From: an uncultured Gammaproteobacteria bacterium
GTDB taxonomy: Bacteria > Patescibacteriota > Patescibacteriia > Patescibacteriales > UBA12465
Assembly: GCA_964639785.1 (NCBI GenBank)
Contig: CAZXEE010000001.1
Coordinates: 115,832 to 179,831, forward strand
Direction of reading: 5' to 3'
Length of the DNA: 64,000 nucleotides
Both the position numbers and the translations under genes were made by a program. Under the pieces are notes generated by a model. The model searched no databases, was not told the origin of the DNA, and was given only the letters and a program-made list of their open reading frames with translations. This document shows, in pieces, positions 38,206-47,900 of the stretch (positions are counted from its first letter, which is position 1; each line of letters starts with the position of its first letter).

Positions 38206-38224
38206 AGGATTATTAATCAATCTT

Positions 38225-39148
38225 ATGAATTTAAGGGAAAAATTAAGAATAATCCAAAAAGTATCTGGACTTACCCAGACTGAATTAGCAGCTAAGATCG
38301 GGGTGTCTTTTGTGGCATTTAATAATTGGTGGACCGGAAAATCCCAGCCGCGTCAAAGTAAGCTGACGGTTATTGATGAGCTATATAAGGAATTGACCGG
38401 AGAAAAGATAATTCCGGACAATGTTTTGTTAGCTAAGAAATCATTGATTTCCAACCAGTCAAAGAAGCACCCTAATATCTTAAAACTGATCGTTTCCAAT
38501 CCGGATATCTATGACCAGTTTCTGTTGTCATTAACTTATAATTCGAACAAGATAGAGGGCTCGACTTTATCAGAAAATGAAACGGCTGACATCTTGTTCA
38601 ATGATCGGGCCTTATCAAATAAGAGCCTGATAGAGCAATTGGAGGTTAAAAATCATCAGGCCGCATTGCAGTATTTGTTCAATTATTTGAAGTTAAGTAA
38701 AAAGATCAATAAAGAACTGATCTTGAAGCTCCACTCTATTTTATTAAACGGGATTAGGGATGATGCCGGTTTTCTTAGGAATCATGGCGTGCGAATCGTC
38801 GGTTCTAATGTACCGACGGCTAATTATTTGAAGTTACCGGAATTAGTAAATAATTTAGTGGAAGATATTAATAGAAAAAATAAAGATGTTATTGCTTTGG
38901 TAGCTAATATTCATGCTCGATTTGAACAGATCCATCCTTTTGGTGACGGTAATGGTCGGATTGGTCGGTTGATTATGGCTGCCATGCTAATAAAGGCCAA
39001 TTTTCCTCCGGCTGTTGTTCGGCAGGAAATTAAAAGGCAGTATTATGAGTGCTTAAATGCGGCTCAACTCAAAGGAGAGTTCAGCTGTCTGGAAGATTTT
39101 ATCTGCGAAGCTGTGTCTGAAGGTTTCGATATAATTAATAGGGGTTAA
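38225..39148 (+). CDS. Fic/DOC family protein with N-terminal XRE-type HTH
   Basis: It has the HTH segment LTQTELAAKIGVSFVAFNNW, the inhibitory-helix-like SNKIEG and the Fic motif HPFGDGNGRIGR. The track's TTG 38177 is actually the -35 box. Confidence 0.88.
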   Translation: MNLREKLRIIQKVSGLTQTELAAKIGVSFVAFNNWWTGKSQPRQSKLTVIDELYKELTGEKIIPDNVLLAKKSLISNQSKKHPNILKLIVSNPDIYDQFLLSLTYNSNKIEGSTLSENETADILFNDRALSNKSLIEQLEVKNHQAALQYLFNYLKLSKKINKELILKLHSILLNGIRDDAGFLRNHGVRIVGSNVPTANYLKLPELVNNLVEDINRKNKDVIALVANIHARFEQIHPFGDGNGRIGRLIMAAMLIKANFPPAVVRQEIKRQYYECLNAAQLKGEFSCLEDFICEAVSEGFDIINRG

Positions 39149-39153
39149 AAGAT

Positions 39154-39933
39154 ATGAAAATCATCTCTTGGAACGTCAATGGCTTGCGAGCGGTTATCAA
39201 GAAAGGGGCGCTTAATGATTTTTTGGTTGAATATAAGCCGGATATCGCTTGTTTGCAAGAAATTAAGATCTCTGAAAAGAAATTGGAGCAGGAGAATATC
39301 TTGCTGCCGGGATATTCGCTTTTTGGCAATGGAGCGCGCCGGGAAGGTTATAGCGGTACAGCTTTGGTTATCAAGGATGCGTTGATCAAGAAGATTAAAA
39401 ATATAGATATCAAGACCGGGATCGGTATCGATGAATTTGACCATGAAGGCCGGATCCAGATTCTGGAGTTAGATGCGTTCTATCTTTTGAATATCTATTT
39501 TCCGAATTCCAATCACGAGCTTAGCCGTCTGGAATATAAGGAGAGATTCAATGGAGCGATCCTAAAATACTATCAGAAGCTGGATAAGAAGAAGCCGGTT
39601 GTCATCACCGGAGATTTCAATGTCGCTCATGAGCCGATTGATCTGGCTCGTCCCAAAGATAATGAGGGTAATGCCGGTTATACTCCGGAAGAGAGATTCT
39701 GGATGGGCAAGTTCTTGGCTGCCGGATTGGTAGATACTTTCCGTTCTTTGTATCCGGACAAGGTCCAATATTCCTGGTGGAGTTTCCGGGCTAATGCTCG
39801 GGCTCGGAATATAGGTTGGCGGATTGACTATTTCCTGGTTTCCAGTAGAATGAAGAAATACCTCAAAAAGGCTTATATTTTAGATAAAGTTCAGGGTTCA
39901 GACCATTGTCCGGTCGGAATCGAAATGGCTTAG
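39154..39933 (+). CDS. xth: Exodeoxyribonuclease III (AP endonuclease)
   Basis: It has the N-terminal MKIISWNVNGLRA, QEIK, and the C-terminal SDHCPV motif. Confidence 0.9.
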   Translation: MKIISWNVNGLRAVIKKGALNDFLVEYKPDIACLQEIKISEKKLEQENILLPGYSLFGNGARREGYSGTALVIKDALIKKIKNIDIKTGIGIDEFDHEGRIQILELDAFYLLNIYFPNSNHELSRLEYKERFNGAILKYYQKLDKKKPVVITGDFNVAHEPIDLARPKDNEGNAGYTPEERFWMGKFLAAGLVDTFRSLYPDKVQYSWWSFRANARARNIGWRIDYFLVSSRMKKYLKKAYILDKVQGSDHCPVGIEMA

Positions 39934-39959
39934 TTAAGAATTTTTTTAATATAAATATT

Positions 39960-42362
39960 ATGTACGACCATCAGAGTATCGAAAAAAAATGGCAGCAACG
40001 CTGGCAGGAAAGCCATCTATATCGTGTCGGAGATGACCAGGCTAAACCGAAATATTATATCTTGGATATGTTCCCTTATCCTTCCGGGGCTGGCCTTCAT
40101 GTTGGTCATCCAAAGGGCTATATCGCTACTGATATCTTTGCCCGCTTGAAGATCATGCAGGGATTCAATGTCCTGCATCCGATGGGTTTCGATGCTTTTG
40201 GCTTGCCGGCTGAAAACTATGCTTTGAAGAACAAGATGCATCCGAAGGTGGCGACTGATGCCAATGTGACCACCTATAAGCGCCAATTGGAAATCTTGGG
40301 ATTTACCTATGACTGGGAGCGGGAGATCAATACTACTGATCCGGAATACTATAAATGGACCCAGTGGGCTTTTTTGAAAATGTTTGAGAAAGGCTTGGCT
40401 TTTGAGTCATATGAGCCGATCAATTGGTGTCCTTCTTGCAAGACTGGTTTGGCTAATGAAGATTTGGAAGACGGCAAATGCGAACGTTGCGGCAGCGAGA
40501 TCGAACAGAAACCGATGCGCCAATGGGTGATTCGGATCACCGATTATGCTGAAAGATTATTAGCCGACCTGGAAAAATTACCGGAATGGGAAGAGCCGAT
40601 CAAGGAGATGCAGCGTAATTGGATCGGCAAGAGCGAAGGAGCAGAAGTAAATTTCGTGATTAATAACAACGATTTAAATATCAAGGTCTTCACTACCCGT
40701 GTCGACACTATTTTCGGTTGCACCTATGTCGTCTTGGCTCCGGAAAATGAATTAGTGGGAAAGCTGCGCGAGCAGATTGCCAATTGGCCCCAGGTAGAAG
40801 AATATATTGAAGCGGTCAAGAATAAGTCTAACCTGGAGAGGACTGATTTGAATAAGGATAAGTCGGGCGTCAAATTGGAAGGAGTCCAGGCCGTTAATCC
40901 TTTTAACGGAATCTCCGTCGATGTCTTCATCGCTGACTATGTTTTGAATTCCTATGGTACCGGAGCTGTCATGGCCGTTCCGGCCCATGATGAAAGGGAT
41001 TGGGAATTTGCCCAGAAATATGGAATTTCTATCAAGAAATCTATTATTCCAGCTATCTCAGAGGATATCGATGGCTGTTATACAGAAGACGGCAATCTAG
41101 TCGATTCCGGTGAGTTTACCGGTTTGGATTCGGCTACAGCTCGGACTCGAATGATCGATTGGTTGGAAAGAAATAATCATGGCAACCGGAAGATAAATTA
41201 CAAATTACAGGATTGGGTTTTCTCTCGTCAACGATACTGGGGCGAACCGATTCCGATTATCCATTGTGAAAAATGCGGTGCTGTTCCTGTCCCATATGAC
41301 CAGTTACCTTTGACCTTGCCTGAGGTTGAGAGCTATGAACCGAGCGGAACCGGAGAGTCGCCTTTAGCTACTATCTCTGATTGGGTTAACACTACTTGCC
41401 CGAAATGCGGCGGAGCGGCTAAGAGGGAAACTAATACTATGCCGCAATGGGCCGGATCATCTTGGTACTATTTGCGCTATATCGATCCGAAAAACAATTC
41501 GTCTTTAGTGGATAAAGAAAAAGAGAAATACTGGTCTCCGATTGATTTCTATGTCGGTGGCGCTGAACATGCCACTCGGCATCTGATCTATGCCCGTTTC
41601 TGGCACAAGTTCTTATTTGATATCGGCGTCGTCAATTATGAAGAGCCTTTCCGGAAATTGAAGACAGTCGGTTTGATCATGGGAGAGGATGGACGCAAGA
41701 TGTCGAAACGTTGGGGCAATGTCATTAATCCGGATGAGGTGGTTGAAAAATATGGCGCTGATTCGATGCGCCTATATGAGATGTTTATGAGTCCGTTCAG
41801 CGATTCGAGCGCTTGGAATACTAATGGCTTGATCGGCGTTCGCAAATTCTTGGATCGGGTAAACAATATTTCCGTTACTGACGAGGCTGACTCCAAGGCG
41901 GTCATTAATCTTTTGCATAAGACTATCAAAAAGATAGCAGAAGATATCTTAGATTTCAAATTCAATACGGCTGTTTCCGCTATGATGATTTTGGTTAATG
42001 CTATCTATGACCAGGGCGGCCATATGAACAAATCTAATTATGCTTTATTATTACAGATTTTGGCGCCTTTTGCTCCCCACTTGTCAGAAGAATTATGGTC
42101 TAATATCGGCCACGAAGATAGCATTTTCCGCAGTGCTTATCCGGCCTATGATCCGGAGTTGATAAAAGATGAATCGGTTACCATAGTAATCTCTGTTAAC
42201 GGCAAGGTTCGAGCTAGCTTGGAGGTTCCGGCCGGAATCGCTGAGGCGGAGGCTATGGACTTAGCTTTGAAGAATGAAGTCATCCAGAAATGGCTGGAAG
42301 GAAGGGAAATCGTCAAGAAGATTTTTGTGCCGGACAAATTGATCAATATCGTCATTAAATAA
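39960..42362 (+). CDS. leuS: Leucyl-tRNA synthetase
   Basis: It has the HIGH-type motif PYPSGAGLHVGH, the KMSKS motif and a CP1 editing insertion. ATG 39960 avoids overlap with xth. Confidence 0.95.
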   Translation: MYDHQSIEKKWQQRWQESHLYRVGDDQAKPKYYILDMFPYPSGAGLHVGHPKGYIATDIFARLKIMQGFNVLHPMGFDAFGLPAENYALKNKMHPKVATDANVTTYKRQLEILGFTYDWEREINTTDPEYYKWTQWAFLKMFEKGLAFESYEPINWCPSCKTGLANEDLEDGKCERCGSEIEQKPMRQWVIRITDYAERLLADLEKLPEWEEPIKEMQRNWIGKSEGAEVNFVINNNDLNIKVFTTRVDTIFGCTYVVLAPENELVGKLREQIANWPQVEEYIEAVKNKSNLERTDLNKDKSGVKLEGVQAVNPFNGISVDVFIADYVLNSYGTGAVMAVPAHDERDWEFAQKYGISIKKSIIPAISEDIDGCYTEDGNLVDSGEFTGLDSATARTRMIDWLERNNHGNRKINYKLQDWVFSRQRYWGEPIPIIHCEKCGAVPVPYDQLPLTLPEVESYEPSGTGESPLATISDWVNTTCPKCGGAAKRETNTMPQWAGSSWYYLRYIDPKNNSSLVDKEKEKYWSPIDFYVGGAEHATRHLIYARFWHKFLFDIGVVNYEEPFRKLKTVGLIMGEDGRKMSKRWGNVINPDEVVEKYGADSMRLYEMFMSPFSDSSAWNTNGLIGVRKFLDRVNNISVTDEADSKAVINLLHKTIKKIAEDILDFKFNTAVSAMMILVNAIYDQGGHMNKSNYALLLQILAPFAPHLSEELWSNIGHEDSIFRSAYPAYDPELIKDESVTIVISVNGKVRASLEVPAGIAEAEAMDLALKNEVIQKWLEGREIVKKIFVPDKLINIVIK

Positions 42363-42365
42363 GCA

Positions 42366-42392
42366 GAAAATCGCTCGAAAGGGCGATTTTTT
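42366..42392 (+). terminator. Rho-independent terminator after leuS
   Basis: The stem aaaatcgc / gcgatttt flanks a GC-containing loop and is followed by a T-run. Confidence 0.65.
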
Positions 42393-42413
42393 GTTAGTCG
42401 GTTTTCAAGTCTG

Positions 42414-42505
42414 TTCACGGTTATTAGGTTATAATCGTGAATATAGTCTAATTTTAGCATAGTTTTCACGGTTATGTTGACATAATCGTGAAAAAAGAAT
42501 ATAAT
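42414..42505 (+). promoter_or_regulatory. Consensus promoter with twin 28-nt palindromic operators upstream of the second Fic gene
   Basis: TTCACGGTTAT-N6-ATAATCGTGAA occurs at 42414-42441 and 42465-42492. TTGACA (42477-42482), a 17-nt spacer and TATAAT (42500-42505) lie inside or next to the second operator. The ATG is only 8 nt after the -10 box. Confidence 0.65.
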
Positions 42506-42513
42506 ATTGATAT

Positions 42514-43401
42514 ATGGCTAGAACACTAAATGTTTTAAATAAGGTTAATTCCTTGCGTGAAAGATATTATCAGGCTTCTATCAACAAAGAGGCGCTTATT
42601 AAGCTGATATCTGAAACTGAGGTGGCGGAACAAGTCTATAATTCCAATGCTATTGAAAATAGCACCTTAACCTTAAAAGAAACTGAAAAGATCTTACTGC
42701 AGATTGACCTGGATCGGTTTATTACCGAACGGGAGATTTTTGAAACTAAAAATTTAGCCCGAGTCGTGTCTTATATAGATAAGAAAGCCAAAGACCAAGA
42801 ACTTACCTTGGATATGATCTTATCGCTTCATAAAATGCTTTTGGCTAATATCAGAGATGATGTAGCTGGACGGTTTAGACAAGACGGTGAATATGTCCGT
42901 GTTGGTAACCATATCGCAGCTAATCCGTCAGAGGTGACAGGGCTCTTACAAAAGATGTTGGCCGAATATAATGCTACTAGTCATGAAAATATTATCAAGC
43001 GGATAGCTAAGTTACATCTGACATTGGAAAATATTCATCCCTTTATCGACGGCAATGGACGCATTGGTCGGGTAATTAATAATTATTTGTTGGTTAGAGA
43101 AGGGTTTGTTCCTATTAATATAAAATTTATTGATCGGGAAAGATATTATGAAGCTTTTAGGGAATTTGATGTTGATGGCAAAACGGCCATCATGGAAGAA
43201 ATAGTCGGGAAAGCTATTACTAATAGTTATTATAAAAGATTAGCTTATTTAGAGGGTAGGCGGATTATCAGTTTGGCGGATTATGCTAAAGAGAATCAGC
43301 TTTCTCATTCTAATTTATTAAATAAAGCTAATCGTCAGACAATTGAAGCTTTTCTGGAAAATAATACTTGGAAGATCGGAGTGCTTTCTGATAATAAATA
43401 A
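42514..43401 (+). CDS. Fic/DOC family protein
   Basis: It has the Fic motif HPFIDGNGRIGR and the inhibitory-helix-like SNAIEN. The C-terminal approximately 50 aa could be a small DNA-binding domain. Confidence 0.88.
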   Translation: MARTLNVLNKVNSLRERYYQASINKEALIKLISETEVAEQVYNSNAIENSTLTLKETEKILLQIDLDRFITEREIFETKNLARVVSYIDKKAKDQELTLDMILSLHKMLLANIRDDVAGRFRQDGEYVRVGNHIAANPSEVTGLLQKMLAEYNATSHENIIKRIAKLHLTLENIHPFIDGNGRIGRVINNYLLVREGFVPINIKFIDRERYYEAFREFDVDGKTAIMEEIVGKAITNSYYKRLAYLEGRRIISLADYAKENQLSHSNLLNKANRQTIEAFLENNTWKIGVLSDNK

Positions 43402-43406
43402 TTAAT

Positions 43407-44246
43407 ATGAATCTACACGAAAAGACATTAGAGTTGTCCAAGATCTATAACATCAAGCCGGACCATTCTAAAGGCCAGAATTTTTTAATAGAGGAAAAAT
43501 ATTTTAATATCGCTGTTGAGGCCGCTAAAATTAGTCCTAGCGATGTTGTTTTGGAAGTCGGTCCTGGATTAGGCTTTTTAACAGAAAAATTGGCTAAAGT
43601 CAGCAAAAAAGTTGTGGCTGTAGAATTAGATAAGAGGTTGGCGGAATTGTTACAAACCAGGTTCATCACCGAAAAGATATCTAATGTCGAAGTGTTGAAT
43701 GAGGATGTGCTGAGCCTCAGGGATGATTTCTTGGCCGGATCGGATTACAAGATCGTCGCTAATCTGCCATATAATATTTCTTCCATCTTTTTGCGGAAGT
43801 TCTTGTCAGCTCAGCATCGGCCGCAGAGTTTGGTCTTGATGCTCCAGAAAGAAGTAGTGGAAAGAATCGTGGCTGTGCCGCCGCAGATGAGTTTACTGGC
43901 TTTGTCGGTCCAGTTTTATGCCCACGCTGAGATTGTCAGCCAGGTTCCGGCCGATGCTTTCTGGCCGCAGCCGGAGGTAGATAGCGCTTTGATCAAGATC
44001 GTCTTGAAAAAACCCCAGGAATTGCCGGCTGTCGATGTTAATCTATTTTTCCGCCTATTGAAAATCGGCTTCAGTGCCAAGCGGAAAATGCTGAAGAACA
44101 ACTTGGGAAATGGCTTACATATGGGTCCGATGGAAGTAGAAAAGATCCTGGTTGAAGCTGGTTATAATCCTAAGGCTCGAGCTCAAGAATTAAGTTTGGA
44201 AGATTGGCTGAATTTGTTTGCCAAATTTTCCAGTTTTATGTTATAA
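43407..44246 (+). CDS. rsmA: 16S rRNA (adenine1518/1519-N6)-dimethyltransferase
   Basis: It has GQNFL, the SAM motif VLEVGPGLG and NLPYNIS. Confidence 0.9.
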   Translation: MNLHEKTLELSKIYNIKPDHSKGQNFLIEEKYFNIAVEAAKISPSDVVLEVGPGLGFLTEKLAKVSKKVVAVELDKRLAELLQTRFITEKISNVEVLNEDVLSLRDDFLAGSDYKIVANLPYNISSIFLRKFLSAQHRPQSLVLMLQKEVVERIVAVPPQMSLLALSVQFYAHAEIVSQVPADAFWPQPEVDSALIKIVLKKPQELPAVDVNLFFRLLKIGFSAKRKMLKNNLGNGLHMGPMEVEKILVEAGYNPKARAQELSLEDWLNLFAKFSSFML

Positions 44247-44255
44247 TAACGGCAT

Positions 44256-44933
44256 ATGAATCAAGAAAAAAATCAATTTTCGCTAGATGATAGCGAGACT
44301 TCCGGCTTTGAACAAAGACCGGAAATGAATCCGTTGACTAAGCAACAAAAAGTCTCTCTAATTTCTTTGGGAGTCTTTACGGTTTTAATAATAACTTTTG
44401 GAATCTTGCAGTTCCGTTATAATCTCTATTCACCTTTTGATTATAATAATAAGATTGCTTCCGGCCAGAAAACTAATACCGGCGGATCTAGCGAGGTCAC
44501 TACCGACCTGACTAAAATGGACAGTGATAATGACGGCTTGAATGATTATGATGAGATCAATGTCTACAAGACTTCAGCTTATCTGGAAGATAGCGATAGT
44601 GATGGATTCAGTGATAAGGATGAAATTTTGAATAACACTGACCCTAATTGCCCAGCTGGCCAAATCTGTACCCAAGTCAGTTCCGATACTGATAATAATA
44701 CCACCATCGCTTCGCCTGACGCCTTGGATTCGGCTAGCGAAAACTTGAGCAGTGAAGAAAAGACTGCTCAGGATATGCTAGAAGGCAAGAGCGATCCGGC
44801 TATTTTACGCAAATTGCTTTTAGATAATGGCATGAGCCAGGCTGATCTGGACAAGATCAGCGATGAAGAATTGATCTCTAGTTATCAGGAATCACTGAAT
44901 AAACAAAATTCTGCCTCTGCGACTCAGGAATAA
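44256..44933 (+). CDS. Membrane-anchored protein with Ca-binding thrombospondin type 3-like repeats
   Basis: It has one TM segment (VSLISLGVFTVLIITFGIL) and DSDNDGLNDYDE and DSDSDGFSDKDE repeats. It lies 33 nt upstream of the giant gene. Confidence 0.65.
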   Translation: MNQEKNQFSLDDSETSGFEQRPEMNPLTKQQKVSLISLGVFTVLIITFGILQFRYNLYSPFDYNNKIASGQKTNTGGSSEVTTDLTKMDSDNDGLNDYDEINVYKTSAYLEDSDSDGFSDKDEILNNTDPNCPAGQICTQVSSDTDNNTTIASPDALDSASENLSSEEKTAQDMLEGKSDPAILRKLLLDNGMSQADLDKISDEELISSYQESLNKQNSASATQE

Positions 44934-44966
44934 AATTAATTTTAAATAAAAATAATTTTCAAATAC

Positions 44967-47900
44967 ATGAAAAAGCCAACCAAGAGGCTCTTTTTGAAGA
45001 GCATGCTCCTGATCCCAGTATTAGTTTTAGTTTTTGTGGCGACGCCAATCAAGCCGGCAGCGGCTCAAATCCCCGCTGATACCATCGGCGGTCCGGTTCA
45101 GGTCGTGATGAAGGTTGTTAGTCAGGTTACCAAGAAGTTGGATGCGGCTTTAAAGAAGGTTGGCTCCAATATGGTTCAGACAGCCATCACTAATTCTTTG
45201 AAGCGGGTAGCTTATGATACGGCTACTTGGATTGGTTCTGGCGCTGCTGGTCAGAAGGCTCAGTTTGCGACTGAAGGAACTGGCGCTTATCTTTTGAGTG
45301 TGGCTGATAGTGCGGCTGGCGATTATATCGATGAGTTTGCCAAGAATCTGAATGTCAATTTCTGTGAGCCTGACTTGAATGTTAAGGTTAAGATCGGTTT
45401 GGGCTTAGTGGATAGTGTCGAAGGCGGCAGCAAGATTAAAGATTCTAAGTGTAAAGCTAGCACCATGTTCAAGGCTTGGAAATCTGATATCAATGAAAAA
45501 TATAAGGCAATGACCAGTCCGACCTTTTTAAAGGATATGTCTAGCATGTTCGAGGTTGGAGGTAGTGATTTGACAGCCAGTTTGGAGGTTATGGATGGCA
45601 TCCAGAAGACGGTTTATGACAAGAAGGAGAAGGAAAAATTAGATCTGAGTATCGAAGGTTGGCTGCCTAACAAAAATATTGGTGGTAAGACTTCAGAGGC
45701 CCCAGGAAATGCCAAAATGCAATTGGAACAAGCAACTAAGAATACTTCTGAGGCTCAGAAGGTTAATATTTCCCAGAGTCCGGTAACTGATGCTGCTAAG
45801 GTTTTCTTGAATACTTTAGCTACTACGGCTTTTAATAAAGCTTTGAAGAGTTTGGCTGGGGGTGATATCAAAGGCACTCTTTCCGCTTTGACCTTAGGTA
45901 TTTATAAAGATAAGACTGACGCGGAAGTGGCAGAGTTGATAGCTAATGGCGGTTCATCCTCGTTGGCAGCAAATACCAATGGAACTTCTTGCTTGAATGA
46001 TCCGAATTGCGATCCGAATGTCTTCCAGGGTATCTCGGCTGTCAAATCTAATTTAGCTGAAATACTCAAGCCGAGTTTTGATTCCCGTGGCGATTATGAT
46101 ATTTTGAGCGAATTATCAGTTTGCTCCGATTCGACTAAGCCGGGACCAACCGAATGTATCTTGGATGAGCAATTCAGTTCGGCTATCAGCGATCACAAGA
46201 CCGTCATTGAAGCTATAAAGGATGGATCGTTGAATAAGACCTGGAGATTGAAGCGGGATGTCGATTTTAACCAAGGCTATTCTTTACGGTCTTTGTTAGT
46301 TTTGCGTAAATTCCGGATTATCCCTGTCGGTTGGGAAACTGCTTTGATTAAAGCGGAAGAGAATAATGCTAACGTGACCCTGATGGATATGGTTTCCTGT
46401 TTTGATCCTAATGATAATTATAATGAGTTCAGCCAAGGGTTTACTCCTTCTACCTGGTGCCAGGGATTGATCGATCCGAATTGGGTGTTGAAAGCCCCTT
46501 TAAATTATTGCAAACGCCAAGGTTATGGCAATCAGATCTTGGATAAGACTTTGATTGCAAAACAGACTGCTGGCAGCGAAGTTATCCCGGAAGAGATCAT
46601 TATGACCAGGGCTGATGAATATTGCGCTGATGAACAGAGCTGTATCAAAGAAAAGTCTGATGGCACTTGCGAAGCTTATGGCTATTGTACTGAAGAGAAG
46701 CGGACTTGGGACTTCGATTCTGATTCTTGCGATGCGATTTATAATACTTGCCAGAGATTTATAAAGACTAATGGAGCTAGCGTTTCTTATTTGGAAAATA
46801 CTATCGATTACAGCACTTGTAATGTTGATAATGCCGGTTGCCGGCCTTATGCCGTTTCCGGCTCTTATGATGGTTCTTCCGATAAGATTACTTGGAATTC
46901 TTCTAACCATATTTATTTTTCTAAGAAGGCTGAAGCTTGTGATAGCAGTCAGGAAGGTTGCAATGAATTAATCCGAATTATTCCAGAGGCCGGTCATAAT
47001 TTCCTGGTTAATTCTGATTTTGAACAAGACCTTAATATCGGTTCTTGGAATACTAATATTGATATTAATAATTCTTCTTCTACCAATAGTGTTTCTACTG
47101 TGGTTGATGGTTATTTTAGTGATACTTCTATTTCTGTCGGTGGTATATTGAAAAAAAATGTTGTCGTTGGACCGAATGATTATAATATCTCCGGTCGGAA
47201 TTACACTTTCTCTTTTTATGCTAAAAACTGCACTCTTGGCGACAAAGCAATTTTAGGCGGTGCTAATGTTGATGATCAAACCATTAATATGGGGGATGGA
47301 AATGAGTGGGCTTATTACAGTGTTAATTATAATTTCCCGCTTGGGTTATCCGATAATCATGTCTTTTTTTCTATCATTTCTAATAGTTGCCAAGTTGATC
47401 GTTTGAAATTAGAGATGTCAGGTGTTGGCACCCAGTATAGCAATTATCGGGATAACAGCTTAATTTATCAGAAATTGATTCCTGACTATTTAGCTTCGGA
47501 GTGTTATGTAAATTCTAATCCAGCTAGTCCTGATTATCGTTTGAAGCCTAATGCTTCAAACAAGTGTTCCGGTTATGCTCGGCGTTGTAATGCTTCGGAG
47601 GTTGATTGTGATCTGTATAAATCGGTTCGTGACGACTTCGTTCTGCCAGCTCGGGTAACTCCGAATGATTCTTGTTTTGCGGAGTGTGATGGTTATGATT
47701 CTTATATCAAGAAGGCGACCGCCTTTGCTAATCCGGAGTTGTCTAATTTTATCCCTAATAGCGCGACTAAGTGTGGCGCCAATGCTGTCGGCTGCACCGA
47801 ATTTACTAATTTGGATTCAGTGGCTAAGGGCGGAGAAGGCAAGGAGTATTATAGCTTCTTGCGTCAATGTATCAAGCCGGATAATAATGTCTGCGGGGTT

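Noticed and set aside
38177-38224. The ORF-track TTG start at 38177 for the HTH-Fic gene. Similar long upstream starts appear for lepA (25447), leuS (39906), murJ (23772), the L,D-transpeptidase (37520), the hypothetical gene at 20052, the ThrRS-like gene (54350) and the gene at 56928.
   Set aside because: The 38177 TTG is the first three bases of the TTGACA -35 box. The other extensions overlap upstream genes, terminators or hairpins and add non-conserved residues. Downstream ATGs give canonical N-termini.
46500-46910. A 136-aa minus-strand ORF and several 60-96 aa ORFs lie inside the giant gene.
   Set aside because: All are nested in the 7.8 kb ORF, which has a consistent frame throughout. 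None shows independent signals.
47151-47158. An A8 homopolymer inside the giant gene (and A9 at 56156-56164 inside the rSAM gene) as phase-variation switches.
   Set aside because: Runs of this length are expected by chance in AT-rich coding sequence (Lys codons). Both genes are in frame, and there is no supporting population data.
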